This document shows positions 38,244 through 51,600 of a stretch of DNA of 63,885 nt, in pieces. The position numbers and the translations under genes are program-made. The first letter of the stretch is position 1, and each line of letters begins with the position of its first letter. Under the pieces are notes generated by a model, which worked only from the letters and a program-made list of their open reading frames with translations, was not told the DNA's origin and did no database searches. The stretch spans positions 2,154,200 through 2,218,084 of the forward strand of contig JAAOMT010000009.1 of the NCBI GenBank assembly GCA_016748015.1, given 5' to 3'. The DNA is from Geosiphon pyriformis uo1. Taxonomy: Eukaryota; Fungi; Glomeromycota.

Positions 38244-39730
38244 GTGTTTGAGTAAGGTATCTTATTAAAAGCGAAGGCACCAAAAATCGGTTATTGATGG
38301 AAGTGGACGGATACATCTAAAATATTATTTCGTCCGACAATTTCCGTGACTATTACACCCTTTAAATCAAGATGGCCCAATGATAATTAAACATAAAAAA
38401 ATTCTTTCAACCTCTTATAAATTTTATACCTTTATTTCGCAATATAAGTTAGTTCATTAACTTTGACCATTTATTTTTTTGAGGTGTAACTTATCTAATG
38501 TCACCGAATTAATAGCTTCTCAAGTAGATTATTAACTATTATGATGTCTTCCCAAAACAAGCCATTCGCGGGCTTTTGTAAAGCTTTTGGATGTTTCCAT
38601 ACATGTTAAGTTATAGTCATGAAGGATATTCTTGTTAGATTCACAGATAGGCTAAATGAAGCAAAATGATAAGTTGCTTTAAAGAGAAAAAATGCCACCT
38701 TAACAGTAAAAAGGAGGCTAATAATATCAGTAATATTAATGAATGAAGCATATTTGAAAGGATATTTTACTTTCACTTTCTATATATATTTTTAAATAAA
38801 TATATGTGAAATATTCAATAAAAAATATACAAACGTATGCAAGTACAAAATACTGTGACATGTCCAGATCCCTTCCACACAATTGCGAAAGGATTTGTGT
38901 TATTCTTCATTATTACATGTTCTGTTATGTTATTTATGATTGGCCAGTTTTTTCACTTAAGTAATATTATCTTTTCCTTTAAAATTAAGCTTCTGCAAAA
39001 TCATACAATTTTTTTTTGTAGTTTCTCAAATTGGAGATTGGTCATTCTTCCAAAGTGGTTGACTGTAAGTTGACTGTAAGTAGACTTATTGTGAAATTTA
39101 AAAATATAATAAAACAGTGTTTAAATACCGAGTACAACTGATAAATTTTTTTGTAATTAAGTGTTAAATAATTCTTCTTAATAAATTGTTCAACTTGTTA
39201 TAAAACCTTTTTGTTGAACAAACAATTGGTATTATTTGAATATAATCTTTGTATGTTCAACTATTCTCTAATTTTGTAAAAATAATAACTGATTACCTTT
39301 TTTGGTAATTCTTTTAGTTTTGGTTTTAATTTGTTGGTTTTTTAAATATTCTTAGTGTTAAATAAACTTTTGTTTTTTTTTGTTGTTGTTATATAATATA
39401 TTTTTAATTTTTAATTATTATTTTTAAGTTAATATTGGATTTTTATACTGTTTTAAAAAATTATTAAAAATTAAAAATCTTTTTTGAAATTTTTATAATA
39501 TCCAAATTTTAAGTATTTTTTATATTTATATTTTTAAATTTTATAATATAATTTTTTTAATAAAAACTGTTTTTAATAACAACAATTGGTTTTAAATTTT
39601 ATGAAATTTTTTTGGATTCAATCAATAAGATTTATAGTATTTATGTTATTAAAAATTGGCTTATAATAAAGTTTTAATTAATTTTTATACAATATTTTCT
39701 TTAAAATTTCGAATAAAATTATTAATTATA

Positions 39731-40766
39731 CTTTTTTTTTTCTTATGTTCCAAATTCTTTAAAGAACAAATCTTGAAAAAAAAGTTTTTTATTTTTTCTT
39801 GTTATTTTCTTGTAAACATTTTTTAAGCAAATAATCTCTTTGTAGTAAACTTGGTGGTTGCTTTAAATAATATTATGTCTAAAAAAAAAGTGCCCAAAAA
39901 GTTTTTTACAGTCCTGTTAAAAATTTTTTCTCCCAAAAAAAAAAGATATCTATTAGTAATATTAAATATTTTATTAATAAAAAGAATATCTCTTTAATTA
40001 AACCTAGTATTAATAATAATATATATTCAAATATAAACAGTAAATTTGGTAATAATAAAGATAATAGTGTTTCATTAAGAATTAATAATAGCTTTCTTTT
40101 TGGCTTAATAACAAATATTTCTAAAGCTAAAAGGGTAAATACTAGTTTGGTTTGTGATTTTTTTATTAGCTCAATTAATTATAATATAGATGAAAATAAA
40201 AACTTTTCTCTCTTCCTTTTAATATTTTTCTTGAAAAAAGGTAAATTAATTTTAAGATAATAAAAAACCAAGTTAAAATAACTATTAAGAAATTTTTTGC
40301 ATTAAACATTAATCTTTTAGTTATAAAAAAAATCAGCAATAACAAAAACTCAGTTTATTAGAAAAAAAATTTTATTAATCAATAATTTTGAGAAGATTAC
40401 TATTTTTTTAAAATTTAAAGAGATTATTTAATCAATATTTATATCAAAAAAAAATATAAAAAAGACTGTATTATTGGCTAAAAATAAAGAAATTATTATA
40501 AACAACAATGTTAAAAAACAAGAAATTCATTCAGATCAGACTGTAATTATTAAAAAAATTTCTATAAATATGCCAAAAAAAATAATTATTGCAGTTCTCT
40601 CTAAGTTTAATTAAGTAATATTGATTTGTTTACAATTAATTAGAATATAACAGAAGACTATAGTAGAATTTGTTGAATTGAATTAAACAGATTAGTTAGC
40701 TTTAAAATAGTCATTCCTAATTGAAAAAGATTCAGTACAAGTAATCAAAACTATGAAAGATTATGA
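39731..40766 (+). mobile_element. LINE-F 5' part (5'UTR and eroded ORF1), cut by Gypsy-2
   Basis: atgtctaaaaaaaaagtgcccaaa... aligns to LINE-B ORF1 up to the KDRNT-equivalent, then abuts an LTR end. Confidence 0.85.
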
Positions 40767-41552
40767 TATTATAGATGATTATTTGAGATATTAAAACAAA
40801 TAACAAACTCATAACTTAATGCTCAATAATTGGTAATATTAATAATTTTTAAAGGTTTTTGTTGAGTTTTTTGTATAATAAACAGAGATTTAATTAATGG
40901 TTTTTTCTATGAATTTTTTTTTTAGTGTAATGGCCAGTTTATTCTAACAGTCATGCTTTTCTGATAAGCTATTTTTAAATTTTTACTCTTATTCCCAGAT
41001 TTTTTACCAGACTATTCTTAACATCAAATACTCAGTGCTTAATTTTTTTAATCAATTAGTAAACAACAAAAAAATAAAATAAAATAAAAATAAAAAAAAA
41101 TAAAAAAAGAAAATAAAAAATTAATATTCCATTAATAGTCATAATTAAGAGCTATTGTTTCAGTATAGTTAAGTATTAAATTCTATCTACATAAAGTGTT
41201 AATAGTGGCAAAAGTAATTAATATTTTTAATTAAACAATGATAGCATGAATTAGATAATAATTAGATATTTTATTAATATTAATATGATTTTACTTCAAG
41301 TTATAGAAAATTAATTTTTAAAGAAAAAAATAAAAGTAAGTAGTTATTACTAGTTACTATTCTGTTTGAGTTGAATTCTAAATACTTTTCTGCTTTTAAT
41401 ATTCTCACTATATATACATAATTTGTATTATATGAAATTTTTTGAAATCCTGCAATTCTTCAAAAAAAATTCTGGAATTCTCTATTTTATTATGCTTATT
41501 TTTAATTAGCTATTTTATCTATTATTATAATTCCTAATTTTTATAAGTAACA
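40767..41552 (-). repeat. 3' LTR of Gypsy-2 (same family as solo LTRs A/B), preceded by an eroded PPT at 41553-41567
   Basis: Shares blocks with LTR B (aaataacaaac.cataactt, gctattgtt.cagtat.gt.aagtat, cataaagtgtt). The PPT ttatttttttctttt is an eroded form of ttatcccctcctttc. Confidence 0.85.
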
Positions 41553-41564
41553 TTATTTTTTTCT

Positions 41565-42270
41565 TTTAATATTAAGTTTTATTAAGATCTCTTAAATCTT
41601 TTAAATTTTTTTCTTGGATTAGCTCTATAATTTATTTTTCAAGAATTACTTGGACAATATTGGTCTGTAATTTTTCAAATTAGGCATTGGTAATTTTTTC
41701 TAATTGGTTGATAATTACTGTTTTCATTGTTAGATGTAATAGTATTTTCAGACAGTCTTGGAATCTTGTTTGTAACCAGTATATTGCTTGTGTCTATATG
41801 AATAGATTGTTTTTTCTTATAAATTGTTTGAGTTATTGTAATATTGTTATATTAAACATTTATTTTGTTTTATCTGTATATAAGTTCTGAATATTGAGCT
41901 TTTGTTCCAAATAATAATAGCAAAAGTTTCTTGGAAATTGTTGTGTCCACTATTTTCAATTTTTTTTTGTTAACTTCTTGTATAATACTATTGTTTTTGG
42001 TGTTTCTATAAATATTTTTACTTTTGCTATTATATCTTCTACTATATTTTTATATTTTTCATATACTCTATGTTGTATCTTGTATAGAAATTTTCATTTT
42101 TTTTCTGTATATTGAATGATTTGTTGATTGATTGCAATTTTTATGTTTAATTTTTAATGTTTGATCAGTTAAAATAGTTGTTAAATTAGTAAATGAATGT
42201 TGTCAGTAATTTTTATTTTTTTATTTGCTTTTATTATATGTATTGGTTTTTTATATACTGTTTTTGTAAA
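41565..42270 (-). pseudogene. Gypsy-2 ORF3 remnant downstream of integrase
   Basis: TQAIYWLQTRFQDCLKILLHLTMKTVIINQLEKITNA*FEKLQTNI aligns without gaps to the Gypsy-3 ORF3. Confidence 0.6.
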
Positions 42271-43653
42271 TTAATTTAATGTGTTTGTGTCAATGATTAT
42301 AATTGGTTCTAGATTTTGTGGAATTTTATCTGGTTAGACTAGTATTTATTGTATTTCTAGTTGTAAAATATTACTAGTAAATAATATTATTATATTGTGA
42401 TATGATTTTAGTTAATCCTTATGTGCTGCTTTAATTAAGATTTTGTTGTTTTATCTTAATTTATAAGTTTTATTTCCTAAAATTTTTTCAATGTAAAATT
42501 GTTCATCTTATTTAAGATCAAATTTTTCACTCTATTGTTTTTTTGCTTTGGTATAATATAAGAATACTTTGTCTTCAATTTTAAATTCGATTGGTTTATT
42601 TGATAACTAATTATTATGTTATTTATTTTGTTTTGCTTGTGACTTTTGTATGTTATTAGCTGTTTTTTGTCTTTTGTTTTCTAAAGTTTTTATTAAGTCA
42701 TATGTTTTTCTTAATAATATTTTTTGAAAGTTGGCTTTTGTTATTAATTCTGTTAAATATGTATTAATATTTATCTCAATTGATAATGTTGTTGTTCTAT
42801 TATAAACAAGTTTGAATGGTGTTGCTTATGTGATATCTTGTTTTATTATTTGATAAGCAAATAATACTAATAAAATCAACAAATCTTATTTGTCTTGGTT
42901 TTTTTGGCTGATCTTGGCTATTACTTTACATAATATTCTGTTGAATCTTTTGACTAAGCCATTTGTTTATAAATAATATGATGATAATAATGGTTTCTTA
43001 ATTCCAAATCTTTGACTTAATTTTGTTAATGTTCTATTTACAAAATAAGTTTTTTAATCTAATAATAATTTTTTTAAACATTTATGTCAACAAATTAAAT
43101 TTTGGTATATAAATTTGGTTATGAATTTTATATTTACTCTTTGAATTGTTTTTATTTCTGGCCATTTTGTAAAATAGTCTATGGCTACTACTATATATTA
43201 ATTGTCTCTGCTAGTAATAGTTAATGATTTAATTAAGTCAATTTTAATTTAATCAAATGGTTGTCTTACTTTAATTGGTCTTAATAGTTTATTGGGTTTT
43301 ATTCCTTCTCTTTTTTAACAAACATTACAATTTTGAACATATTGAATAATATTTGGATACATAGATGGCCAGTAGTATTTTTTTCTGGTTCTTTTCATGA
43401 TTGCTTTTTTATAAAAATGTCCTATTGTTAAATTTGAGTGTATATTGAACAATATTGTTTCTTTTTTTGGTTTTGTGATTACTCTGAATAGCTGGTCTAA
43501 ATATTTCCTGTTTTTTTAATATAGTATATTTTGATAAGTAATAAAGTATTTTGCTTGTTGTTTTATGTTATTTTGTTCTTTTTAATATAATTTCTCCTTA
43601 AACTATTGAGTATTAATATAATGTTAAAATTGTTGATATTTTTGTGTATTCAT
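42271..43653 (-). pseudogene. Gypsy-2 integrase (own ATG at 43653)
   Basis: MNTQKYQQF.. start; YYWPSM..IIQYVQNCNVC zinc finger; VVAIDYFTKWPE core; ends PQNLEPIII as in Gypsy-3. Confidence 0.85.
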
Positions 43654-43682
43654 CTTTTGTTATATTTTTGGGATAAAATGTT

Positions 43683-45000
43683 TTATATTTGTCTTATTTG
43701 TAACAAACTGTTGGTATTTTTTTTTCTTTTTCTTTTTTATAATATACAATATAATTAAATAATAATAGTTTTAATTTTTATCTTGTATGACAATTATCTT
43801 CAAATTTTTGTTTCTGGATTAATGTCAATCCTTTATAATCAGTATATATATTAAACTTTTGGCTTAAGTATTCTTTCTATTTAATGACAGTCCAATAAAT
43901 AGCTAAGTATTCTAATATTAAAGTTTCATAGTTTTTTTCAGCTGAACTTAAATTTTGGCTGGCATATGCTACTGAATGTTCTTGTTTATTGGTTTTTTTT
44001 TGTAACAATATAGCTTTTAATACTTGACTAAATGCATTAGTGATGATAATAAATGGTTTGTTGTAATCTGAATAAATCAATATTAAAGTTTAAATAAGCT
44101 TTCTTTTTAAGATGTTAAAAGCTTTTTGTTGACATTTTTTGCTTAAAGCTGGTAAAGTAGTTGAGCCAGTTTAAAGAAGTTTTAGATAAAAAAGCAATAG
44201 TATTCAGCAAATTCCAAGAATACTTTTAATTCTATAAAATTTGTTGATACTGAAAAGTTTTTAACTATTTTATTTTTGTTTGGATCTGTTTTAATACCAT
44301 TTTTGCTTATAATATGTTCCAAAAACTTGAATTTAGTTTTACCAAAAAAGCATTTGGTTGTATTCAATTTCAATTTGGCTCTTCTTAACCTTTTGAATAC
44401 TTATTAAAAATAATGAAAATGATTATCAAATATTTCTGAGAACACATTGGATTTATTTAAGTAAACTACTACAAATTTTTATAATAATCTGGTGTAAACA
44501 ATTTTTATAAGCTATTAAAAAGTAACTGGGACATTAATTAAACTGAATGGCATAATATTGAATTTAAAATTTTTTTTTTGATAGTAAATACCATCTTTTC
44601 TTTGTTGGCTAAATTTATGGTTATTTACTAGTAACCACTATCTAAGTCCAATTTTGAAAATTATTTCTTCTCTCTGAAAGCATCAAATAACTTTTGGATT
44701 TGTGGAATTAGATAATTGTTTCTATAAGTAATATTGTTAAGTTTTCTATAATCCATACAAAAACAGATTTTTTTATTCTTTTTTTAAACAAATATTACTG
44801 ATAATAACTATAAACACATTGATAATTGAATTAATACATTGTTCAATATTTAGTTGATTTTTTGTCAAATAATTTCATGGCTAGTTAGTGGTACTCTATA
44901 TGTTTATTGCTTTATTAGCATGGTATTTTTAGTTTTGATCTGGTGTTAAATGATGTCAATTTTACCAAATTTTTTTTTATTAGCAAAGATGTTAATGAAA
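43683..45000 (-). pseudogene. Gypsy-2 reverse transcriptase and RNase H
   Basis: ORFs 44182-44373 and 43877-44080; RH ends NTNSLLQIRQI* at 43683. Confidence 0.88.
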
Positions 45001-45489
45001 TTGTTGAGTAGTATTTTGAATTGTATACATTAAAATAGATTTAAGTTTTCCAAGTTTATTTGTTCCAATTGTTTTGGTTGTAACAAATAACATTTTTTTC
45101 ATTTGTATATAGTTTGTAATATAATATTCACATATTTGCAAAGTTGTGCAAAATCTGAAATAGTGGTTGATGCTTGGTTCTTAACTTTAATGCTTAAGTA
45201 TTTAATAGTAGTTCTATTTAGTGTTTCTATGGAGTCTTTAATTGTATTATATATTGGAATTTTAATGTGTTTATGATTCTTGGCTGATATGTAAAGATTG
45301 GTAATACCAATTTTTTTTAATTCACAAATGGTGATTTTTATTTCAAAAATTTGGAATTAATTCTTTATTTTCTTTTTTATAACTAATATATACTAGTTAT
45401 ATAATAAAATGGAAATTGATTGATAAGTAGAAATAATTTTTTTCTTATCAATTATTTTTTTTTGGCCATATTAACTGGTATTTTTACTC

Positions 45490-45656
45490 TATCTATAGAT
45501 CTGAATCCTTTAATTTTTTTTACAATAATCTCAAACTTTTTCTTTATTCTTATTGACACTAACTAAGCTATTTTAACCAAAAGCAGAAATATTGCTTATA
45601 CTATCTTTTTATTTGATTTAATTATGTATTTTTTTTCTAAGTTGTTTTGTAGTATT
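45490..45656 (-). pseudogene. Gypsy-2 dUTPase C-terminal part (motifs 4-5)
   Basis: NKKIV*AIF and KKIKGFRSID become EKIAQAIF and RGIKGFGST when G>A/C>T changes are reversed. Confidence 0.75.
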
Positions 45657-45662
45657 TTTTTA

Positions 45663-48600
45663 TTTTTTTATTTGTTTAACAAGTGAGGTTCAAACACTAT
45701 CTAACACTATACATCAAAGAAATAATCTAAATTAGGCATAAATTATGCATTTTTTACACATGACCAGCCACTTAAACTAGTCAAAACTACACTATACAGC
45801 TATATAAACTGAAACTGAGTCATCTACATCTGAAAAAAACAAACAAAATTTGTAAAATTCAAAATGAATACCAAAAACCTCAGTGATGCCCAGCAATTTG
45901 ACCACCCCAGCAGAAAATCTTAAAGCCAAACCAGAAACCGATGTGAGAGCCAAACCATCAAGTGGAATCAACCTGTTTTTTCCATGCAAGCATGGTGCTT
46001 GGCATGAACTGACCAAACATTCTTCCTAAAAGCAGTACCGAAAGAGTGCACAAACTTGACAATTTCCATACCAGCAACCTTGGGATCACAGAAAACAGAA
46101 ACAGTCTCACGAAACCAACCATTAAAAACAAAACCCTTGAATAGAGCCATAGACACTGAAGAATCAAAAACACAGGACAACAACAGCTGCAATATATCTG
46201 AAGAAGAAAAAGAAAGACCAGAGAGTGCATTTCAGAAACCTACATGAGAATCCAACAACTGATGTTGAGCAGATTTGTTCACTTTACAAAAAAACACATG
46301 ATCTGACACTTTTACATCACCACAATACAAACACAACACACTAGGATAAAATCTATTATAAAGGTGCTTCCAGTATTACCAGAAGATTTCACACTTTTCA
46401 ATACAAAAATTACAACACATACAATGGAAATTAACATCAAAATCATGCAAAAAAAACCTATATCATCGCACTTAATCAACAAAATCAGCTGGCAATCTGG
46501 AAATAAATGATCAGCAATCAATCTAATTACAACAAAGAAATATGACACAATTCAACAGTTTAACTAAGTTGGATATAAAGAAATCTTAACAAACTAAAAA
46601 ACACCAATGGAAATGAATGATTAATACATGTAATCAGATAACAACAGGTTTTGTTATGCTCCAAAATTCTCATATGTCCTTATTAGAACAATCTAACATT
46701 CCAGATCTGTGATCAATGGTTAAAAGTAGTTATCAAGAAATGTAATCAATTGATCTACTTCTGATTATGTTGATCATAATTACAATTGGTATCATTGATT
46801 TACAATCAATGTTCTAGATCCAGCCATCTAAAATCTGATCATCTAAATTACTAGTTCTTGAATAAATAACAGGCTAAGTAAGCTTATCATGAATTGATTA
46901 ATTAAATGTATATAAATAATTGATGTATTTTAAATAGTTATAATATAATATGTAGATCTGATGTAATTTAGCTATATATACAGCCCCTCTGTCAGCTCAG
47001 AAAAGTATCAGTTCAATACTGAGCCAACTTTTCACTATAGTTTTATAGTAAGCAGTTAGTCTTTTCCTCTACTTTTTATATTCTCTCTCCTCTTTCTATG
47101 CTCTAAATACTTGTCATTACAATCTCAAGTATGTCTTCCCATATTCCTTATCACCATTTGGAATTATGTTGTTTATAATCTTTTACTTACTTGTTATCAC
47201 CATTTCAAGTTGTTTTATTACTTCCAATCTTTCAAATCATGTGTTATTACCATTTCACATTAAGTCTTGTTTCACCAAACAAGTTGTTAAATATAAAAAT
47301 AAGTAATAAAGTATAATATTGTTAGAGAGTGGTCTCAACAATAAAAAGTTTAAGCAAAATTTATTTCAATTATGTTTGACTTTCATAATTCCTTTTATAA
47401 TTCTTATAACTTCGTTTTCAAAGCAGACATTTGAACATCACACTCTTTCGACGACTAATTGAAAGAATTCTGGTTACATATTTCTTTGAGTAGTTGGTTT
47501 CACTTCTTATTGCTGGTTGTGCTTCTGATACATATAAAGAGATGTGACTTCTCTTTTCCCCTTTTCAAATACCTAAGACTGGTTCTTGCCCAAAAACAAA
47601 TAATAATGACAATACTTTCTTTTACTTTTAATGACATTATCATGTACCTCTTTTTGCTCTCCCATTTATTGAAATAGTTCATACACCCATGATATATTAT
47701 AGTCTATAGCATAATCATAATAATGTGTGTTCTAGGTGAAAGTTATTGTCATTGCTAAAAAATTACAAATCCATAGCTTTCACCCAGTAATATATGGTGC
47801 CTCTTGTTGTCAGTATAGAAACAACTATGAACATTTAAATAATCTTTAGATATTTCAAAGGACTTCGATCTTCCCTAGAGAGGAAGAAAAATTTAACAAT
47901 TCATACAAGCTTATTTTTCAAAGATAGAGAAAATATTACCAGAAGATTTTCACACTTTTTAATGCAAAAATTACAACACATACAATGGAAATTAACATCA
48001 AAATCATGTGAAAAAAATCTACATCATTGCACTTAATCAACAAAATTAGTCAGCAATCTGGAAATAAATGATCAATAATCAATCTAATTACAACAAAGAA
48101 ATATGGCACAATTCAACAGTTTAACTAAGTTGGATATAAAGAAATCTTGGCAAACTAAGAAACACCAATGGAAATAAATGATTGATGTATGTAATCAGAT
48201 AACAACAGGTTTTGTTATGCTCCAAAATTCTCATATGCCCTTATTGGAACAATCTAACATTCCAGATTTGCAATCAATGATTAAAAGTAGTTATCAAGAA
48301 ATGTAATCAATTGATCTACTTCTGATTATGTTGATCATAATCACAATTGGTATCATTGATTTACAATCAATGTTCTAGATCCAGCCATCTAAAATCTGAT
48401 CATCTAAATTACTAGTTCTTGGATAAATAACAGGTTAAGTAAGCTCATTATAAATTAATTAATTAAATGTATATAAATAATTGATGTATTTTAAATAGTT
48501 ATAATATAGTATGTAAATCTGATGTAATTTAGCTATATATACAGCCTCTTTGTCAGCTCAGGAAAGTATTAGTTCAATACTAAGCCAACTCTTCACTATA

Positions 48601-51600
48601 GTTTTATAGTGAGCAGTTAGTTCTTTCCTCTACTTTTTATATTCTTTTTCCCCTTTCTATGCTCTAAATACTTGTCATCACAATCTCAAGTATGTCTTCC
48701 CATATTCCTTATCACCATTTGGAATTATGTTGTTTATAATCTTTTACTTACTTGTTATCATCATTTCAAGTTGTTTTATTACTTCCAATCTTTCAAATCA
48801 TGTGTTATCATTATTTTACATTAAGTCTTGTTTTACCAAACAAGTTGTTAAATATAAAAATAAGTAATAAAGTATCACATTGTTAGAGAGTGGTCTCAAC
48901 AATAAAAAGTTTAAGCAAAATTTATTTCAGTTATGTTTGACTTTCATAATTCCTTTTATAATTCTTATAACTTCATTTTCAAAGTAGGCATTTGAACACC
49001 ACATCCTTTTGATAACTAATTGAAAGAATTCTGGTTATGTATTTCTTTAAGTAGTTGGTTTCACTTCTTGTTGCTAGTTGCGCTTCTGATACATATAAAG
49101 AGATATGACTTCTTTTTTCCCCTTTTTAAATACCTAAGACTGGTTCTTGCCCAAAAACAAATAATAATGACAATACTTTCTTTCACTTTTAATAACATTA
49201 TCATGTCCTTTTTGCTCTCCCACTTATTGAAATAATCCATACACCTATGATATGCTATAGTCCATAGCATAATCATAATAATGTGTGTTCCAGGTGAAAG
49301 TTATTGTTATTGCTAAAAAATTACAAATCTATAGCTTTCACCTGATAACACCAGACAGCCACAGGCAGTTGATAATGCAAAGCCTTTATGAAATAAGTGT
49401 GCACATTAGCCAAGAGTCTGCTAGTAAAACCAGTAGCCATGTGCAAATCAGGATGCCACACCAATGAAGAACGGAGCCAATTGATCTCAGAAATCAAATT
49501 ACTTGGCAAAAACTTGGAACCCAAACAAACCTCCCAACGTGCTTGACAAATGGAATGGAAAACATCATGAACAAAGTGTCAAGAATTGCCAGAAACAATA
49601 TCACCATCAGCCATCAAAAAGTGTTCACTCAAGTAAGAAGGAAAAAACTGACCAGAAAGAAAAACATTACCAGCAATGACATTGGCACATTCATTCTCTA
49701 AAATGCCAAAGTGACTCTTTACTTTGTGCCAACTAACCCTCAAATTACTACCACAAATGACATTGACAATGTGCTAATACTCAACCCAACACTAATTATG
49801 AAAGTCAAGAAGAATCATATTCAATTCCAACCTATAAGCATCTAAAACAGCCTGACTATCTGAATACAAATAAACAGAACTAGACAAAAGAACGCATTTC
49901 AAAACCAATGCAATAGTTTGCAACTCAGCCAAAGTAGACAACATCAGTCCTAACACACTGACGTCCAAGCCCAAACCAATGTCTTCAAAGAAAGCAGCAG
50001 CACCAGCTCTACAGCCTACCATGCCCAAATCCTTTAGAAATCTATCTGTATATACAGACAAACTACCAGTACCAACTTGAGAAAAACACTCATGAACAGA
50101 CAAAAAATCACCAGAATCAAAAATGTTCACTGGACCAATACCATTTGAAACCACAGGGGAAGTAGGAAGAGAAGATGTATTGTTGAGAAATGCAGCAGAA
50201 AGCTTAAACCACTCAGGAACAAGGCCATGGAGGTCCAATTTTTTCTAACACTTGAAAGTATACCAATCAAAGACAACACCATAGTGGTTACAAAGTTGAT
50301 CCACAAAGGCAATACCATACTACTGGAGAGAAGGGAAAAACCTGAGAAACTTTAACTTGCTCAGAATGGCAGACATTGGAACTCCACCATGAAAACAGAA
50401 AGAACTGGCCAAAGAACCACCCAGAGACAAATTGCAATCAAGAAGAATACAAACTATGCCTGCCAAAAAGTTATCAGAGGCACTGACATGAATGCGGACA
50501 GGAGAATACAAAGGGTGAACAGAGCACCAACACAAAACTTGCAAATCATGGGACCTGTAAGAAAACAGACAACCCAAAATACTACCAGAGTTTGCAAAAC
50601 TGACAAGAGAAGCAATCTTGCTCTCAGACTAAATCTGAGCGAAGGACTTCAAACCATAAAAAGAAGGATGGTGGATTATATCACTAGGAAAATTGAGCAG
50701 CAAACCAGACTTGATCTTCAAACCCTTACAAACCAAAGCATCCCACTTGTTGTACATACCAACTGGAACAAAACTGAACTGCATTCTATAACTGACTATT
50801 GAATGGAAAACTGCCAACACCAAATATAAGAATTGTTTATCTGAGACAGCCTTTTTCAGGACCAGATTGGTGAAAAAATGAACATCCGAATTAGCTTTAG
50901 CCAGACTAGGCTTCGAAAAACCTTCAGTTAAGAGAAAAATACCCAAATACTAATAAGATTCACTCTTTTTGGCAATAGAAATTGGCAAGCCACTGATAAA
51001 AAGAGAAGGATTGCTGATCCTGCTATTGATAGAAATGGCTACTGTTTTGTTATTATTGATTGAAACGTTGTTAATTCAAAAAAATTCAATAGCTACATTG
51101 AGAATATGTTGAGTAGTACTTTGACTGCTACCAACTCAGATTGTGTTATCAATGAAAACACCAGCAGCAAAAAAAAAAAAAAGCCCAGCTTGAGATTTGG
51201 CATGACCACTTTTGAAAACAAAATAAGAAATCAACTTATACCTATACACACTTTCCTAATGCTTGACTTCACACAACAGAGGATCATAAAATATATGCCA
51301 CAAAAGGAAAAAAAAAACCTCTTCTTGGTCCAGGCCATTGTGCACGTGATAGCCATCTGTCAAACTGAAATCTGTTATTACATGGTTGGTGCAATCCTTA
51401 TGAATACTGCCAAAAAACCAAATAAATTTGCTACACATCTTAATCCTGACCAAACTCTTTTTGAGATACTCCCAGCCAACTGAATTGTATGCTTTTTGCA
51501 TGTTCTGCAAAACCAACCAAAGCTCTCAGTTCTTCTCCAAAGCATTCTTAATAACCAAACCAATAGCAAAAATGAGAAACTGAGTTGTTGTACCTTTCAA

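Noticed and set aside
46990-47020. Pol III A-box/B-box (agctcag...gttcaatac) suggesting a tRNA- or Cassandra-like insert
   Set aside because: The boxes are too close together and there is no cloverleaf or 5S similarity.
47459-49276. Duplicated 60-72 aa ORFs on both strands
   Set aside because: They are duplicated only because they lie in the LTRs; starts and ends differ between copies and no domain is recognisable.
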